64,000 bases of DNA from Ostreococcus lucimarinus. Its lineage: Eukaryota. The notes beneath the pieces were generated by a model. It saw nothing but the letters and a program-made list of their open reading frames with translations. It did not search any database and had not been told where the DNA came from. This document shows positions 9,809 through 20,076 of the stretch, piece by piece; position 1 is the stretch's first letter, and each line of letters starts with the position of its first letter. The DNA lies in NCBI GenBank assembly GCA_000092065.1, contig CP000587.1; one strand, given 5' to 3'. Both the position numbers and the translations under genes were made by a program.

Positions 9809-12256
9809 TTATACGCTGCTCGCTATTCTATCCGTGAGCTCTTCTATGCGCTCATCGATGAGCGCGATGATCTTGTCTCCGCTTCCGTACATGCCCGTTC
9901 TCATCAAGTCCCCACGTTCTGACACCAGACGGCGCACCTCCTTCTCTGCCGCACGCTTTTCGTTCAATGTCGCGTCACTTGTCGCGTATTTGGGCACAAA
10001 CGGCGCCTTATTCTCCGATTCGCTGAATTCATGCTCGAAATCGCGCACCTCTCTGTCGAGCTTTGGCGACAGAGGAGGCCGAATGACTTGTCGCGCTTGC
10101 GGCGCCGTGCGTGCGAAATTTGCTTTCGCAGACGTAAAAGGTACATCCGAAACGGCTGCAACGTCCGCCCTAAACGTGTTCATGAAAGCGTCCGCGTCTG
10201 CGTTCTCACCTGCGAGCATTTCATTCATGAACTCGTTCGCGCTCGGCGCCACGTGCGATCGACTCGAGACGTTCAAACCCGCGCGCTCGATCGCGCGACG
10301 CAAATGCGCTCGCTCGCGCTCCAACGCGACGACTTGACGAGCCATTTTCGTCAACTGATTCTTATACCGCTCCTTCGACTCGGATTCTTCCGCCGCTTGC
10401 GCCTCCGCCGCCTCGCAACGGGGTACTAAGCGAGAAATTTCAGCTTGCAACGCCGCTTCGTTCGTCTCCAATTGCGCCTTTTTGTGCGCGGCGAACGATG
10501 ACTCGAGTTCTATCAACTGCGCATCCGCGTGTTCCAGTCGCCTGTGCAAAGAATCTCTCTCACGGATCGCCTCTCGCGCCTTTTGCTTCTCCATCTCCAC
10601 GCGGTGCTCGCTCGTCTCCTGGTTGCGACGAATGGAATCCTTCGCCTCCTCGCGAGCGCGCGACGTTTCGCGCTCGAGTTTGTGCTTCCTGTGATCAAAG
10701 TTTTCTTCCAACTCCACGAGCTTTCGCTCGCGCGATTCGAGCGCCACTGCGGCTTCCTGCAACTTTTTCTCCATGATTCGCAGACGATTCGCTCCTTCCT
10801 CCGCCTCTCGAGCGCGTTGCGTCTCGTGGCGCCTCCACTCGTCTTCCAATATTTTCATGCGAACGGACTCCTTCATCCGGAGATCTTCGTAGAACTTGGT
10901 CATTTGATGTTGCTTCCACACCTCGAGATCGTAAGCCACCTTGTACTCCGCGCCCGCTCGCGGATCGGCGGGCGCGTTCGTCGGCGGCGCCGCGTGACGC
11001 GTCTGCGCTTTCGGCGCCGGTGGTGGCGGCTTTTGCGCGCTCGGCACGGGCGGCGGCGACATCAGCATCGCCGTTGACGGTTCCTTCGGTTTCGGAGGGG
11101 GCGTCTTCAACGCCGAGGGCTCGCTAACGACGCCGTCGAGCGCGCCGCGATCTTCGAGGCGCACGTACAATCGCACTCGGCCGACGACGACGCCGTCCTC
11201 GTCCGTCACCTCCGCGCGGTATCGCACCTCCGGTCGACGCAGCAGCTCGTCGATCGCGATTTCCGCGCTCGCCACTCGACTCGTCGCCGCTACCGACCAC
11301 ACATCGACGAGCAACAAAGGCTTACGCGCGAGCGTCTCGGCGAGCGTCGCCGGCGCGCACGCGAAATCGACCGAATCCTTCCCGCTCGGAAACACGACGA
11401 CGTCTCCCGGTCGCGACGCCGGTCGCGCGCTCGGCGCGGTGCGCACCAAGCACTCCGACCGAGCGCGATCGATACCGAGCGCATCGGCCAACGCATCGTC
11501 CGCGCAAGCGCTCGCCGCGACGGCGGCGTCAAAGTCAAACGCCTCGCCGCGCGCCGCGCGTTCAAACGATTCCAACCGCACGGTCAACGCGAACGCGCGC
11601 TTCGCCCCGCCGACTTCCCGACGCCCTCCCGCGCCTCGCCTCGCCGCGAACGACGGCAGCGCACCCTCACCGTCGTCCACCACCGCGTCTTCGCTCGCGT
11701 CCTCGTCCTCGTCCTCGTCCTCCGCCACCGCCTCCGCCTCGCGCGCGTTCGCCTTCGCCTTCGCCTTCGCGTCCTCGCGCGCCGCGTCCTCGCGCCCTCG
11801 TCCATCCCCCTCCCACGCCCCGATCTCGCGCTCTCGCACGCGCACCAAAATCTCCCCCCGCGCCCCGTCCTCGCGTCCTCGCAGCTCGATCCACGTCCAT
11901 CCCTCGCTCTTTCCGTCGTCGTCGTCGCCGCGTCCTCGCGCGCGTCGTCCCGCGTCGCGTCGTCCCACCGCGCAAAACCCGAACCGCTCGTTCCCCTCCC
12001 CCGACGCCGCGCGCACGTCCACGCGCGCGTCGTCCGTCCCTCGATCGAGCACCGCCGCGCGCTTCGCGCTTCGTCGCCACGTCGCGCGCGCGTCGTCGAA
12101 CGTCCACGTCGTCGAGGTCGTCGTCGCGCGTCGCGCGCTCGAGCGCACCGTTCGGCGTTCGCCGTCGCGCGTCAGCGCGACCTCGATCGCGCGCGCGCGC
12201 GCGACGAACGCGCCGCGGACTTCGCGGACGTCGATCGCGAGCTCGCGGCCGCGCAT
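9809..12256 (-). CDS. Large protein with an N-terminal C2-like beta domain plus ~450 aa E/R/K-rich coiled coil (centrosomal/ciliary type, possibly CEP120-like)
   Basis: Continuous 2.4-kb ORF. Coiled-coil heptads (KVAYDLEVWKQHQMTKFYEDLRMKE...), a Pro-rich linker (PPPKPKEPS..PPPVPSAQKPPPPAP), and a C2-like segment (GDVVVFPSGKDSVDFA...VRLYVRLED). ATG at 12256-12254. The 12257-12733 part of the track ORF is simple-repeat read-through. Confidence 0.55.
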   Translation of the reverse strand: MRGRELAIDVREVRGAFVARARAIEVALTRDGERRTVRSSARRATTTSTTWTFDDARATWRRSAKRAAVLDRGTDDARVDVRAASGEGNERFGFCAVGRRDAGRRARGRGDDDDGKSEGWTWIELRGREDGARGEILVRVREREIGAWEGDGRGREDAAREDAKAKAKANAREAEAVAEDEDEDEDASEDAVVDDGEGALPSFAARRGAGGRREVGGAKRAFALTVRLESFERAARGEAFDFDAAVAASACADDALADALGIDRARSECLVRTAPSARPASRPGDVVVFPSGKDSVDFACAPATLAETLARKPLLLVDVWSVAATSRVASAEIAIDELLRRPEVRYRAEVTDEDGVVVGRVRLYVRLEDRGALDGVVSEPSALKTPPPKPKEPSTAMLMSPPPVPSAQKPPPPAPKAQTRHAAPPTNAPADPRAGAEYKVAYDLEVWKQHQMTKFYEDLRMKESVRMKILEDEWRRHETQRAREAEEGANRLRIMEKKLQEAAVALESRERKLVELEENFDHRKHKLERETSRAREEAKDSIRRNQETSEHRVEMEKQKAREAIRERDSLHRRLEHADAQLIELESSFAAHKKAQLETNEAALQAEISRLVPRCEAAEAQAAEESESKERYKNQLTKMARQVVALERERAHLRRAIERAGLNVSSRSHVAPSANEFMNEMLAGENADADAFMNTFRADVAAVSDVPFTSAKANFARTAPQARQVIRPPLSPKLDREVRDFEHEFSESENKAPFVPKYATSDATLNEKRAAEKEVRRLVSERGDLMRTGMYGSGDKIIALIDERIEELTDRIASSV

Positions 12257-12327
12257 CGTCGTCGGCGCGCGCCGCGCGGCGACGAGTGGCGACGATTCGG
12301 GTCGTTGACCGATGGCGCCGTGTGAAA

Positions 12328-12339
12328 ACACCCGGGTGT
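12328..12339. promoter_or_regulatory. Perfect 12-bp palindrome ACACCCGGGTGT, copy 1, in the divergent intergenic region
   Basis: Read directly. A second identical copy lies at 12500-12511. Confidence 0.4.
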
Positions 12340-12499
12340 GTGGGCGACGCGCGGCGTCGCGCGGTCGCGCGATCCCGGGCGCGAGCGCGCGCCGTCGACG
12401 ACGCGTTTCCGAATCGAGGTTTCGTGCGTCGCGCTCGCGGATTCGCGCGATCGCGACGGCGCGCGCGCGCGACGCACGACGATGCCGTTGATGGTTCGC

Positions 12500-12533
12500 A
12501 CACCCGGGTGTTTCGCATTCGAATCGCATTCGA
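12500..12533. promoter_or_regulatory. Palindrome ACACCCGGGTGT copy 2, immediately followed by the tandem 11-mer TCGCATTCGAA x2
   Basis: Read directly: cacacccgggtgtttcgcattcgaatcgcattcga. Confidence 0.4.
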
Positions 12534-12581
12534 CCGCGCGACGCCGACGCCGGCGTCGCGAGTGCGACGCGCGCGACGACG

Positions 12582-13622
12582 ATGCGCGCGACGACGGCGA
12601 CGACGACGGCGACGCGCGCGCGCCGCGCGGTGCGCGCGGACGCGACGCGACGCGAGCGCGCGACGACGATTCGAGCGACGACGATGCGCGCGCGATCTTG
12701 CCGCGCGACGACGTCGAGGACGCGCGGTCGCACCGCGCGCGCGCGGGCGGCGACGACGAACGGGGACGCGCAAAACGTGGCGTTCGACGCGGCGGCGATC
12801 GGACGATGGGCGGCGCGCGCGCGGGAGGCGCCGTGGGACGCGCGGGGCGCGGGGTGGCGGGAATTCTTCGCGGCGAAGCCGATCGGCGCGGTGGTGGAGG
12901 TGGATAACGCGCGGGAGACGATATCGGCGAAGGAGGTGGAGAGTCACGGGTTGAATTGGCCGACGTGTCGCGCGGAGGCGGTGGAGCGAGCGCGGGTGAA
13001 CACGGTGCGGTTTAGGCAAAATTACGCGCAGATTGCGTGCGCGGCGACGCTGTTGGGATCGGAGTGCGCGGCGTTCGCGATGGCGTTGGTGTCGTTTTAC
13101 GCGTACTTGGCGCTGAGGAGCGATAGGATTCTCGGTGAGTTATCGTTGGCGACGAAGGATGCGCTGAAATGGAACGACGCGGTCGTGGCGGGGGTGAGTC
13201 GGTCAAAGTTGAAGTCGACGACGCTCGGCGTCGCCGTCGTGTTGTTTTTGCTCTCCGACGCCACGGCGAACACGTACGCCATCATGCGATCGGTGGCCTG
13301 GACGGCGGCGATCGCGCTCTTGCACGCAATTTTGCGACCGATCGATCTCAAAGGCACGCTGGCGGACATCGTGAAAGATTTTCGCGCGGCGAAGAGCAAG
13401 GAGGATTTACGAGGCGCCGCGCGCTCTGGCTTGAAATCGATGAAGGCGTGGATTTCCGAAAAGGCGAAACCGGTGGAGGCGACGCCGATCTTTGTCGTGG
13501 AGAAGGGCGAGAAGAAGCGGTCGGACGGTGCCGACGCGACGCCCGCGCGCAGGAGCGAGGACGCGAACGGCGCGATCGACGTCGACGCGCGCGAAGCGGA
13601 GGATACAAAGTATCTGCCGTGA
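12582..13622 (+). CDS. PRA1 (prenylated Rab acceptor / Yip3) family membrane protein
   Basis: WREFFAAKP...VRFRQNYAQIACAATLLG matches the PRA1 consensus SEFFD...RVNYAIV, followed by two hydrophobic hairpins. Genuine ATG at 12582. An alternative ATG lies at 12684. Confidence 0.6.
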   Translation: MRATTATTTATRARRAVRADATRRERATTIRATTMRARSCRATTSRTRGRTARARAATTNGDAQNVAFDAAAIGRWAARAREAPWDARGAGWREFFAAKPIGAVVEVDNARETISAKEVESHGLNWPTCRAEAVERARVNTVRFRQNYAQIACAATLLGSECAAFAMALVSFYAYLALRSDRILGELSLATKDALKWNDAVVAGVSRSKLKSTTLGVAVVLFLLSDATANTYAIMRSVAWTAAIALLHAILRPIDLKGTLADIVKDFRAAKSKEDLRGAARSGLKSMKAWISEKAKPVEATPIFVVEKGEKKRSDGADATPARRSEDANGAIDVDAREAEDTKYLP

Positions 13623-13683
13623 CGCGCGCGACGCGAATGTAAGACATCGAATAAATTCACAACTGCTAATAACTCAAGCCTCT

Positions 13684-14331
13684 TCACAGCTCGTCCTTCG
13701 CCGCGATCTCCTGCGCGGTCGGAAAGAACACGCCGGTACCTTCGGTCGTCCACAACGCGTTCGGACCGGCGCTCTTCTGCGCCATCACTTCTTGATGTCC
13801 CGCGATCGGGCGTCCGTACTTCAACCCGTGCGACTGCAAGTACGCCCCGGTGTCGACGTGCTTAAACCGCACCTTTTTCCCCATCTCCCACGTCCCACTC
13901 CCACTCGGCACCTCGACGATCCAATTATCGCCCGTATCGCTCGACTCGTCCCCTCCGAAGCACGACACTTCGTTGTTCCCGCTCAACGGCGACCGGTGCT
14001 CGTGCGAGTGCAACCACGCGCGCGTCCCCGCGTGTCGAAACCGCACCGTCATCCCGTGCGTCACCGGCGCTCCTCGCGCGCAATCTTCCCCGACTGCGCC
14101 GTGGATGAGCCAATACGCCTCCTCTCCGGCGTTTTTGATCGCCGTCACGCTCTGTTGGCCGCTCCCGGAGGCGTACGCGACCGGTTGCGACGCCAAGATG
14201 TGCTTCGTGTTGGCGTGTTTGATCTTGAGCGCGGAGCCGCAGGTGACGGCGCCGTCGACGTCGGCGCGCGCGCTGGACGGCGCGGTGAACGCCAGAGCGG
14301 CGGTGAACGCGAGCGCGAGCTTGGAGGGCAT
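13684..14331 (-). CDS. SDF2: SDF2-like ER protein with three MIR domains, signal peptide and C-terminal KDEL-type retrieval signal
   Basis: VTCGSALKIKHANTKHILASQ, MTVRFRHAGTRAWLHSHE and VRFKHVDTGAYLQSHG are MIR motifs. The N-terminal MPSKLALAFTAALAFTAPSSARA is signal-peptide-like. The C-terminus is AKDEL. Confidence 0.85.
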   Translation of the reverse strand: MPSKLALAFTAALAFTAPSSARADVDGAVTCGSALKIKHANTKHILASQPVAYASGSGQQSVTAIKNAGEEAYWLIHGAVGEDCARGAPVTHGMTVRFRHAGTRAWLHSHEHRSPLSGNNEVSCFGGDESSDTGDNWIVEVPSGSGTWEMGKKVRFKHVDTGAYLQSHGLKYGRPIAGHQEVMAQKSAGPNALWTTEGTGVFFPTAQEIAAKDEL

Positions 14332-14522
14332 GTCGGCAGCGAACGAGGCGCGCGATGCACTGCGGCGATCCGCGCGCGGCGTCGGCGCGCGCGCGGCGGA
14401 ACGAAACAACACGAAACGACACCGACGCCGACGCGCGCGGCGACGAACGAAACGAACGACGACGGATTTAAACTAATGATCGAAGATCTACGTGATTACA
14501 CGATCGCGAGCGGCGCGCGCGA

Positions 14523-15086
14523 TCACTTGAACAATCGCTCCGGGTGCGCCATCGCGCGTTCGATGCTCGCCTCCAACGCCTCGGGCGTGTCTATCCAATC
14601 CCTCGACTGCTTCAACAGATCAACCTCGCGCGCTTGCCGTCTGAGCGACATCGCGTGCGCGCGCTGATATCTCCGTCCCGCTATCACGCGCATCTTCCTA
14701 TCCTTCTCGCGCTTCAGTTCCTCCAGCGTCCTCGCGCTCGCGCCCGCCCTCGCCGCGCGCGCTCGCGCCTTCTCCGCCAATCGCTCCGCCTTCGCTTCCG
14801 CCACCTCCGCGCGCGCGACTTCCTCCGCTTTCGCCTTCTCCGCGCTCTTCTCGTCGAACTCGCGTCTCCACGCTTTGCGCATCTCGTTCACCTCCGCCTT
14901 CCACCGTTTCCTCGCCGCGAGCCAGTCGTCGTCCCGCCCCCCGTCGTCCTCGCGCGCCGTCGTCGACGCGAGCCTCCGCGTCGCCTCGCGCGCGCCGCCG
15001 CTCCGCGACGTCGTCGCCGGCGTCGCGATCGCCGCGATCGCGCGCTCGACGCGCGCCGTCAGCGCGCGCGCGCGTCCTCGAAACAT
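14523..15086 (-). CDS. Small basic coiled-coil protein with an Arg-rich presequence-like N-terminus (possibly a mitochondrial / mitoribosomal-type protein)
   Basis: Genuine ATG. The charged heptad region is KAKAEEVARAEVAEAKAERLAEKARARAA. I recognise no specific family. Confidence 0.4.
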   Translation of the reverse strand: MFRGRARALTARVERAIAAIATPATTSRSGGAREATRRLASTTAREDDGGRDDDWLAARKRWKAEVNEMRKAWRREFDEKSAEKAKAEEVARAEVAEAKAERLAEKARARAARAGASARTLEELKREKDRKMRVIAGRRYQRAHAMSLRRQAREVDLLKQSRDWIDTPEALEASIERAMAHPERLFK

Positions 15087-15507
15087 CGCGGTCGCGAATC
15101 GTTCGACGAGATCGTTCCCACCGCGCGTCGCGCTCGACCGCGCGCGCTTCGGGCGCGCTTCGAGCGCGGCGACGACGCGCGCGCGTTCGCTCGCGCGCGC
15201 GCTCGACCGCGCGCGTCGTGTGCGCGTGCGTGCGCGCGCGTGTGCCGACGGCGCCGCGCGTTAACCTGAGCGTCACACGCACACGCGCGACGCGCGCGAT
15301 GTCGAGCGCGAAGCGCGGTCGACGCGAGGTGCGTCGCGCGCGCGACGACGCGCGACGCGACGCGCGCGCGAGCGCGCGGATGCGAGCGAGCGAGCGCGCG
15401 AGCGCGCGGATGCGAGTCGGATTGCATCGGATCTTTACGCGAGCGATGCCGAACGCGCGCGGCGCGTCGCTCGCGAACGATGCGACGAGACGACGCGGGC
15501 GACGCGG

Positions 15508-18096
15508 ATGAGACGACTGACGACGCGAGCGAACGCTGGACGCGCGCAGGACGGCACGCACGGCGGCGATGGACCGACGGCGGAGGATTTGGACGAACTG
15601 CGCGACGTGATCATTCACTGCGACGGGTCGATGGACGTGCTCGGGGGACTGTCGAGCGACATCGCGAGGGACGTGCCGGTGTTGGGAGATCGCGCGACGG
15701 CGTTCGTGATGGAGTGCGTGACGGAACTGCCGGTGAAGACGCCGGTGTACGCGGCGCTGGCGGGACTGATCAACGCGGAGGCGAGAGAGTTCGGCGCGCA
15801 AGTGGTTGAAGCGACGCGAGAGGCGCTGATGGAGTGCTTGAATGGGGATGATCTGACGCAGCGAGTGCGAGCGCGAGTGTTGACGCGGTTTTTGGTGATG
15901 CTGAGCACGGTCGGAGTCGTGCAACGAAGGGAGGTGATGGAATATTTGGCGTCGCTGTTGTCCTCGGCGCAAGCGTCGGCGAAGAAAGGCGCGGCTGGGT
16001 GGCAGCCTCGCGCCGATTGGCTCGCCTACGTCGCGCTTTCCGCGCTTCCGTGGGGGGGTGAGTTCTTTTCAAAATCCGAGAGCTCAAACGACTTTGAGGC
16101 GCTTTTGGACATGGCGGAGGCGTATTGCAAAATCAGAACGCCGAACTCGGACGCGGCGTCGATCATCATCAAGTCCGCGGACGGCATCGAAGTCGATTGG
16201 TTCGTGGACATGTGCAATCGTCTCAGTGCGGCGCGCACGGACGGGCGCTGGCACATCGCGTCCATTCCCGCCATCGCGGAGCCGTTTGTGGAGAAGCTGG
16301 CGAGCACGGCGAACGCGCACTCCTTGAACGGGATTGAAATCCCGGAAAAGACATTCACCAACCACGCTGAGGCGGCGGCAAAGTATCCGGGTCGATCCAT
16401 GTTGAGGTATGTTCATTCGCACGCGCGACGCGCATCTCTCGTTCGATGGCGATGAAGATTACATGTATATCTCGTTAATCCCCTGACCTCGTGCTGATAT
16501 GAAAACCAAATACTTTCCGAGCCAAGCGTTTTTCGCGAGGTCGAAAGATTTGAATGGCTCGATCGATTCGCGATGACTGACTGACGCTTTTCACGACTTT
16601 TCCCGCGCAGAATTTTGGAACCGAGCTTCACAGAGGGAACCGGCAACGCCGACGCGTGGGGCCCGCTCGAACGCTTCGTTGCGGAAGAGTACATCATCGA
16701 CACGATTTGGGCGTTTGAGCCGGGTTATCGCCGTTCGGCAACAATTCCGGTGACTGAACAGCTGGCATCGCTTCCGCTTCCCGCGGACCAGCCCGAGCAG
16801 TGTCAGTTCATGGTCGCCGAGACCCTCTTCGCCGAGCTCTTGTCGTTGCCGAAGCCATCCTTCACTCCGGTGTTGTATCACATCATCATTCAAGATTTGT
16901 GTAAAATCATCCCGACGTTCCCGCCCAAGATGGCGAAGACAGTCGGGGCGATGTTCAGGGCGATCGACCGCATGGATGTCGGCGCTCGCGATCGTCTCGC
17001 GAGCTGGCTCGCTCACCAAATCTCGTGCTTTGATTTGGTGTGGCCTTGGTCGAGCTGGAAGCACGTCATGGAGCAGCCCGACGATGCCCCGCAACGCACG
17101 TTCTGCAAGGAGGTGTTGCGCAAGTTGTGCCAGCTCAGTTTCTTCGAGCGCGTGCAAAAGTCTCTCATCGAAGAGCTGCATCCGCTTCTTCCAGGGCAGG
17201 CTGGCATCAACGCCGAGTACGTCGACGCGGTGGCGCAGGAACCCGTCTTCGGCGCGTTGAAAGAAATGCTCGCTAGCAAGAAGGAAGGACACGAAGTTTT
17301 GGGTTGGATTCAGTCGCAAGCGGCCAGCGCGAGCCCGGACGTCTTGCTCCGAGCTCTCGCCGTCGCCACGCTCGAGCGCGGGCAAAAGTGCATTACCCAT
17401 CACGACGTTTTACTCAAGCGTTACGCACTTCCTATTCGTGACTTGGTGGAGAAGGCGGGTGGTGAGGTATTAGTCGATGCCGCGGCTGGGGTCTGGCGAG
17501 GCCACCCGCAGATGGGCCCGATCGCCATCGAACGATTATTAGCTCTTGATTTAGTAACGCCCGCCGCCGTGGTCAACTGGCTGCTGCAGCGAGCCGCCGC
17601 TTTCGGCGAGGACGACACGTACGAGATCGCCAACGTAGTGTGCGAGTTCGTGTGTGCGAGTAAAGAACAAGCGATCGGAAAGCGTGAAGCGCTGTTGCGC
17701 AAACTTCGCGAGGCGGAAGCTGAAGCCGCCGCCGCCGGACAAGCCGCGACGGAGCTCACCGAGCAAGGTCGCGTCTTCGAGGCGCAGCAAGCCCAAGCCG
17801 CCGAAGCGAGCGCCGTGGAGGAGATCTCCATCCACGAAGCCGCTTTGGCCTCCGCCGACGCGCCCGTCGATCGCTGCGCCGCCATCACTCGCGAGATTTG
17901 CCTCAACCTTTGCGGCGGTCTCGTCAAAGCCGCCTCCGGAGGCGCCTCCGCCGCCGTCGCCGACCGCATCCTCGCCTTCGTCCGCAAGTACCGCGCCGAG
18001 CTCGCTTTGGACGCCGATGCCGTCATCAAAGCCGCGGGCACGAAGAAAACCGCCAAGTCCGCCGTCGCCGCCGCTTTAGGTGTTCATTTGAAATAA
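15508..18096 (+). CDS. NCBP1: Nuclear cap-binding protein subunit 1 (CBP80/NCBP1), two exons: 15508-16406 and 16611-18096
   Basis: ADWLAYVALSALPWGGEFFSKSE matches human [63 protein letters not shown] matches VLRVMFEVWRNHPQMIAVLVDKMIRTQIVDCAAVANWIF. Splicing out 16407-16610 keeps the frame (AG|a = Arg) and gives about 795 aa against 790 in human. Confidence 0.85.
16407..16610 (+). other. Spliceosomal intron (204 nt) in CBP80
   Basis: Donor GTATGT. Branch-like CTGAC lies 24 nt before the acceptor. The acceptor is ttttcccgcgcAG. It is phase 2 and frame-preserving. The first ORF hits a stop 49 nt into the intron. Confidence 0.8.
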
Positions 18097-18236
18097 ATAA
18101 TCGACATAGTGCCCGAACGAGACGCCGACGCAAGCCCTAGGGCATAAGCCCAGGGATAAGCCACAAACAAAATGAACGCCCCCACGATTGCGTCGCGCCG
18201 CACACACCGACGCCCGCGTCCACGGTCATCGTCACC

Positions 18237-18946
18237 ATGCACGCCGCGTTGTCGTCCAAGCTCTCCACCGTCGCTCTGCGCATCGCGCCCGCGCGCGTCG
18301 ACGCGCGCGCGCCGCGTCGCGCCGTCATCGAGTGCGCGCACAAGAAGGGGACGGGGTCGACGAAGAATGGCCGCGATTCCAACCCGCAGTACCTCGGCGT
18401 GAAGAAGTACGGCGAGGAGAAGGTGCAGGTCGGATCGATCATCGTTCGTCAGCGAGGGAACAAGGTGCGTGCGCGTCGAGCGCGCGCGAGAGAGAGCGCG
18501 AGCCGCGGGCGCGAGGCGACGCGCGCGACCCTCGGATTCAGGGTTTCCGCGAACGCGACGAAAGCGGGGTCCAGCGACGCGCGACGCCGACGCGAGGGTC
18601 GTCGAACGCGGTGAATGATTCGAAAATCGCGCGTTTCTCGCGTTTCGATCGCGCGCTGACCCGTGCGCGCGCTTTTCGTCGCTCGCAGTTCCACGCCGGC
18701 GCCGGCGTCGGCACCGGGAAGGATTTCACCCTCTTCGCGCTCAGAGACGGCGAAGTCATGTTCAAGGTTGGCGCGAACAAGAAGAAGTTCGTCACCGTCG
18801 TCGATACGGTCGACCGTTCCGGTCGCGCCGACGGTCAACCGACGCGTAAGGATAAGCGCAAGGCGATGTACTCGCCGCGCGCCGTCGTTCGCGCCGCGCT
18901 AGAGGAGGGCATCTCCGCGCCGGGCGTCGAGCGCGTCGCTCGTTAA
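18237..18946 (+). CDS. Organellar (bacterial-type) ribosomal protein bL27, copy 1, two exons: 18237-18464 and 18689-18946
   Basis: [43 protein letters not shown] | [27 protein letters not shown] matches bacterial bL27 ([51 protein letters not shown]). There is a 35-40 aa presequence. Confidence 0.8.
18279..18464 (+). repeat. About 186-bp tract nucleotide-identical to 19216-19401 (5' part of the bL27 paralogs)
   Basis: Identical run from ..gcatcgcgcccgcgcgcgtcgacg.. to ..cgtcagcgagggaacaag. The antisense track ORFs 18137-18442 and 19119-19379 have identical translations. Confidence 0.8.
18465..18688 (+). other. Spliceosomal intron (224 nt) in bL27 copy 1
   Basis: Donor GTGCGTGCGCG (phase 0). 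CTGAC lies 27 nt before the acceptor ttttcgtcgctcgcAG. Exon 2 resumes with FHAG, exactly where intronless copy 2 continues. Confidence 0.8.
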
Positions 18947-19158
18947 CTCGCGCGCGTCCTAGTCCCGCGCGCGCGCGTCGTAGATCCATCCATCATCACC
19001 CTAGACACCGTGTATCGCTTAGTGAACGTCATTATTTCAATCTCCCGCGGCTTCGCGCTCCGCCGTGGCTTCGCGCGCGTCGTCGGCGCTAAGCCCTAGC
19101 CCTACTACCTCTTCGACGTCATCGCCATCGCGTCGTCGTCCGCACACGCGCGCGCGAC

Positions 19159-20076
19159 ATGATCGCCGCCGCCTCCGCCCTCGCGTCGAGGTTCGCCGTC
19201 GCGACCGCGCTCGATCGCATCGCGCCCGCGCGCGTCGACGCGCGCGCGCCGCGTCGCGCCGTCATCGAGTGCGCGCACAAGAAGGGGACGGGGTCGACGA
19301 AGAATGGCCGCGATTCCAACCCGCAGTACCTCGGCGTGAAGAAGTACGGCGAGGAGAAGGTGCAGGTCGGATCGATCATCGTTCGTCAGCGAGGGAACAA
19401 GTTCCACGCGGGCGACGGCGTCGGGACGGGTAAAGATTTTACGCTGTACGCGCTCAGGGACGGCGAGGTCAAGTTTAAAGTCGGCGCGAATAAGAAAAAG
19501 TTCGTGACGATCGTCGACGCGGTCGATCGATCGGGACGCGCGGACGGTGAACCGACGAGAAAGGATAAGCGCAAGGCGATGTACTCGCCGAGAGCGGTGG
19601 TGCGGGAGGCTTTGGAGAATGGGACGGCGGCGCCGACGAGGACGGTGGTGGCGACGCGACGCTCGGCGGCGGCGGACGCGCCGGCGAAGGCGGAGAAGAC
19701 GGCCAAGGCGCCGGCGAAGGCCAAGGCGGCGACGACGACGGTGAAGAAGACGCTCACCAAGTCTGGCTCCGCGGCGGCGCCCAAGGGGTTCTACCGCCAG
19801 GTGAGCAAGGTGCGCTACTGTAACCTGAGTCTGTTGCTCATGGACGAAGCGATGGAAGCCAACGGCGTCCTCACCGAGGCTGACGTCAAGAGTTTCCACG
19901 ACCACATGCTCGACGGTCAAGGCGTCACCCCGACCGAGCTCGCGACGTTGGAATTCGTTCTCAACGGCGGTGGAGGCAAGTACTCTTACGTCGTCGACGA
20001 CGCCGCCAAGGCGTTTCTCGAGGCGACCATCGCCGCGGAGCGCGCGACGCTCGAATCCGAAGGCGGCGCTCGGTGA
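19159..20076 (+). CDS. Organellar ribosomal protein bL27, copy 2: intronless, with an extra C-terminal extension of about 145 aa (A/K/T-rich linker plus a further domain)
   Basis: The bL27 core is as in copy 1. After ...[14 protein letters not shown] comes [24 protein letters not shown], then [56 protein letters not shown]. Confidence 0.8.
   Translation: MIAAASALASRFAVATALDRIAPARVDARAPRRAVIECAHKKGTGSTKNGRDSNPQYLGVKKYGEEKVQVGSIIVRQRGNKFHAGDGVGTGKDFTLYALRDGEVKFKVGANKKKFVTIVDAVDRSGRADGEPTRKDKRKAMYSPRAVVREALENGTAAPTRTVVATRRSAAADAPAKAEKTAKAPAKAKAATTTVKKTLTKSGSAAAPKGFYRQVSKVRYCNLSLLLMDEAMEANGVLTEADVKSFHDHMLDGQGVTPTELATLEFVLNGGGGKYSYVVDDAAKAFLEATIAAERATLESEGGAR
19216..19401 (+). repeat. Second copy of the identical bL27 5' tract
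   Basis: See 18279-18464. Confidence 0.8.

Noticed and set aside
11290-13019. ORFs 11439-12308 (+), 11667-13019 (-), 12286-12954 (+) and 12338-12907 (+) over the C2/coiled-coil gene start and its promoter
   Set aside because: They are low-complexity Ser/Arg/Ala translations of the antisense strand or of the (GCGACG)n-like promoter spacer, with no ATG-anchored domain. The coding gene here is the minus-strand coiled-coil protein ending at ATG 12256.
14544-15972. ORFs 14698-15972 (-, 424 aa), 14544-15269 (+) and 15059-15427 (-)
   Set aside because: These are Arg-rich antisense or out-of-frame artefacts across the small coiled-coil gene and the CBP80 promoter or first exon. They have no recognisable motifs.
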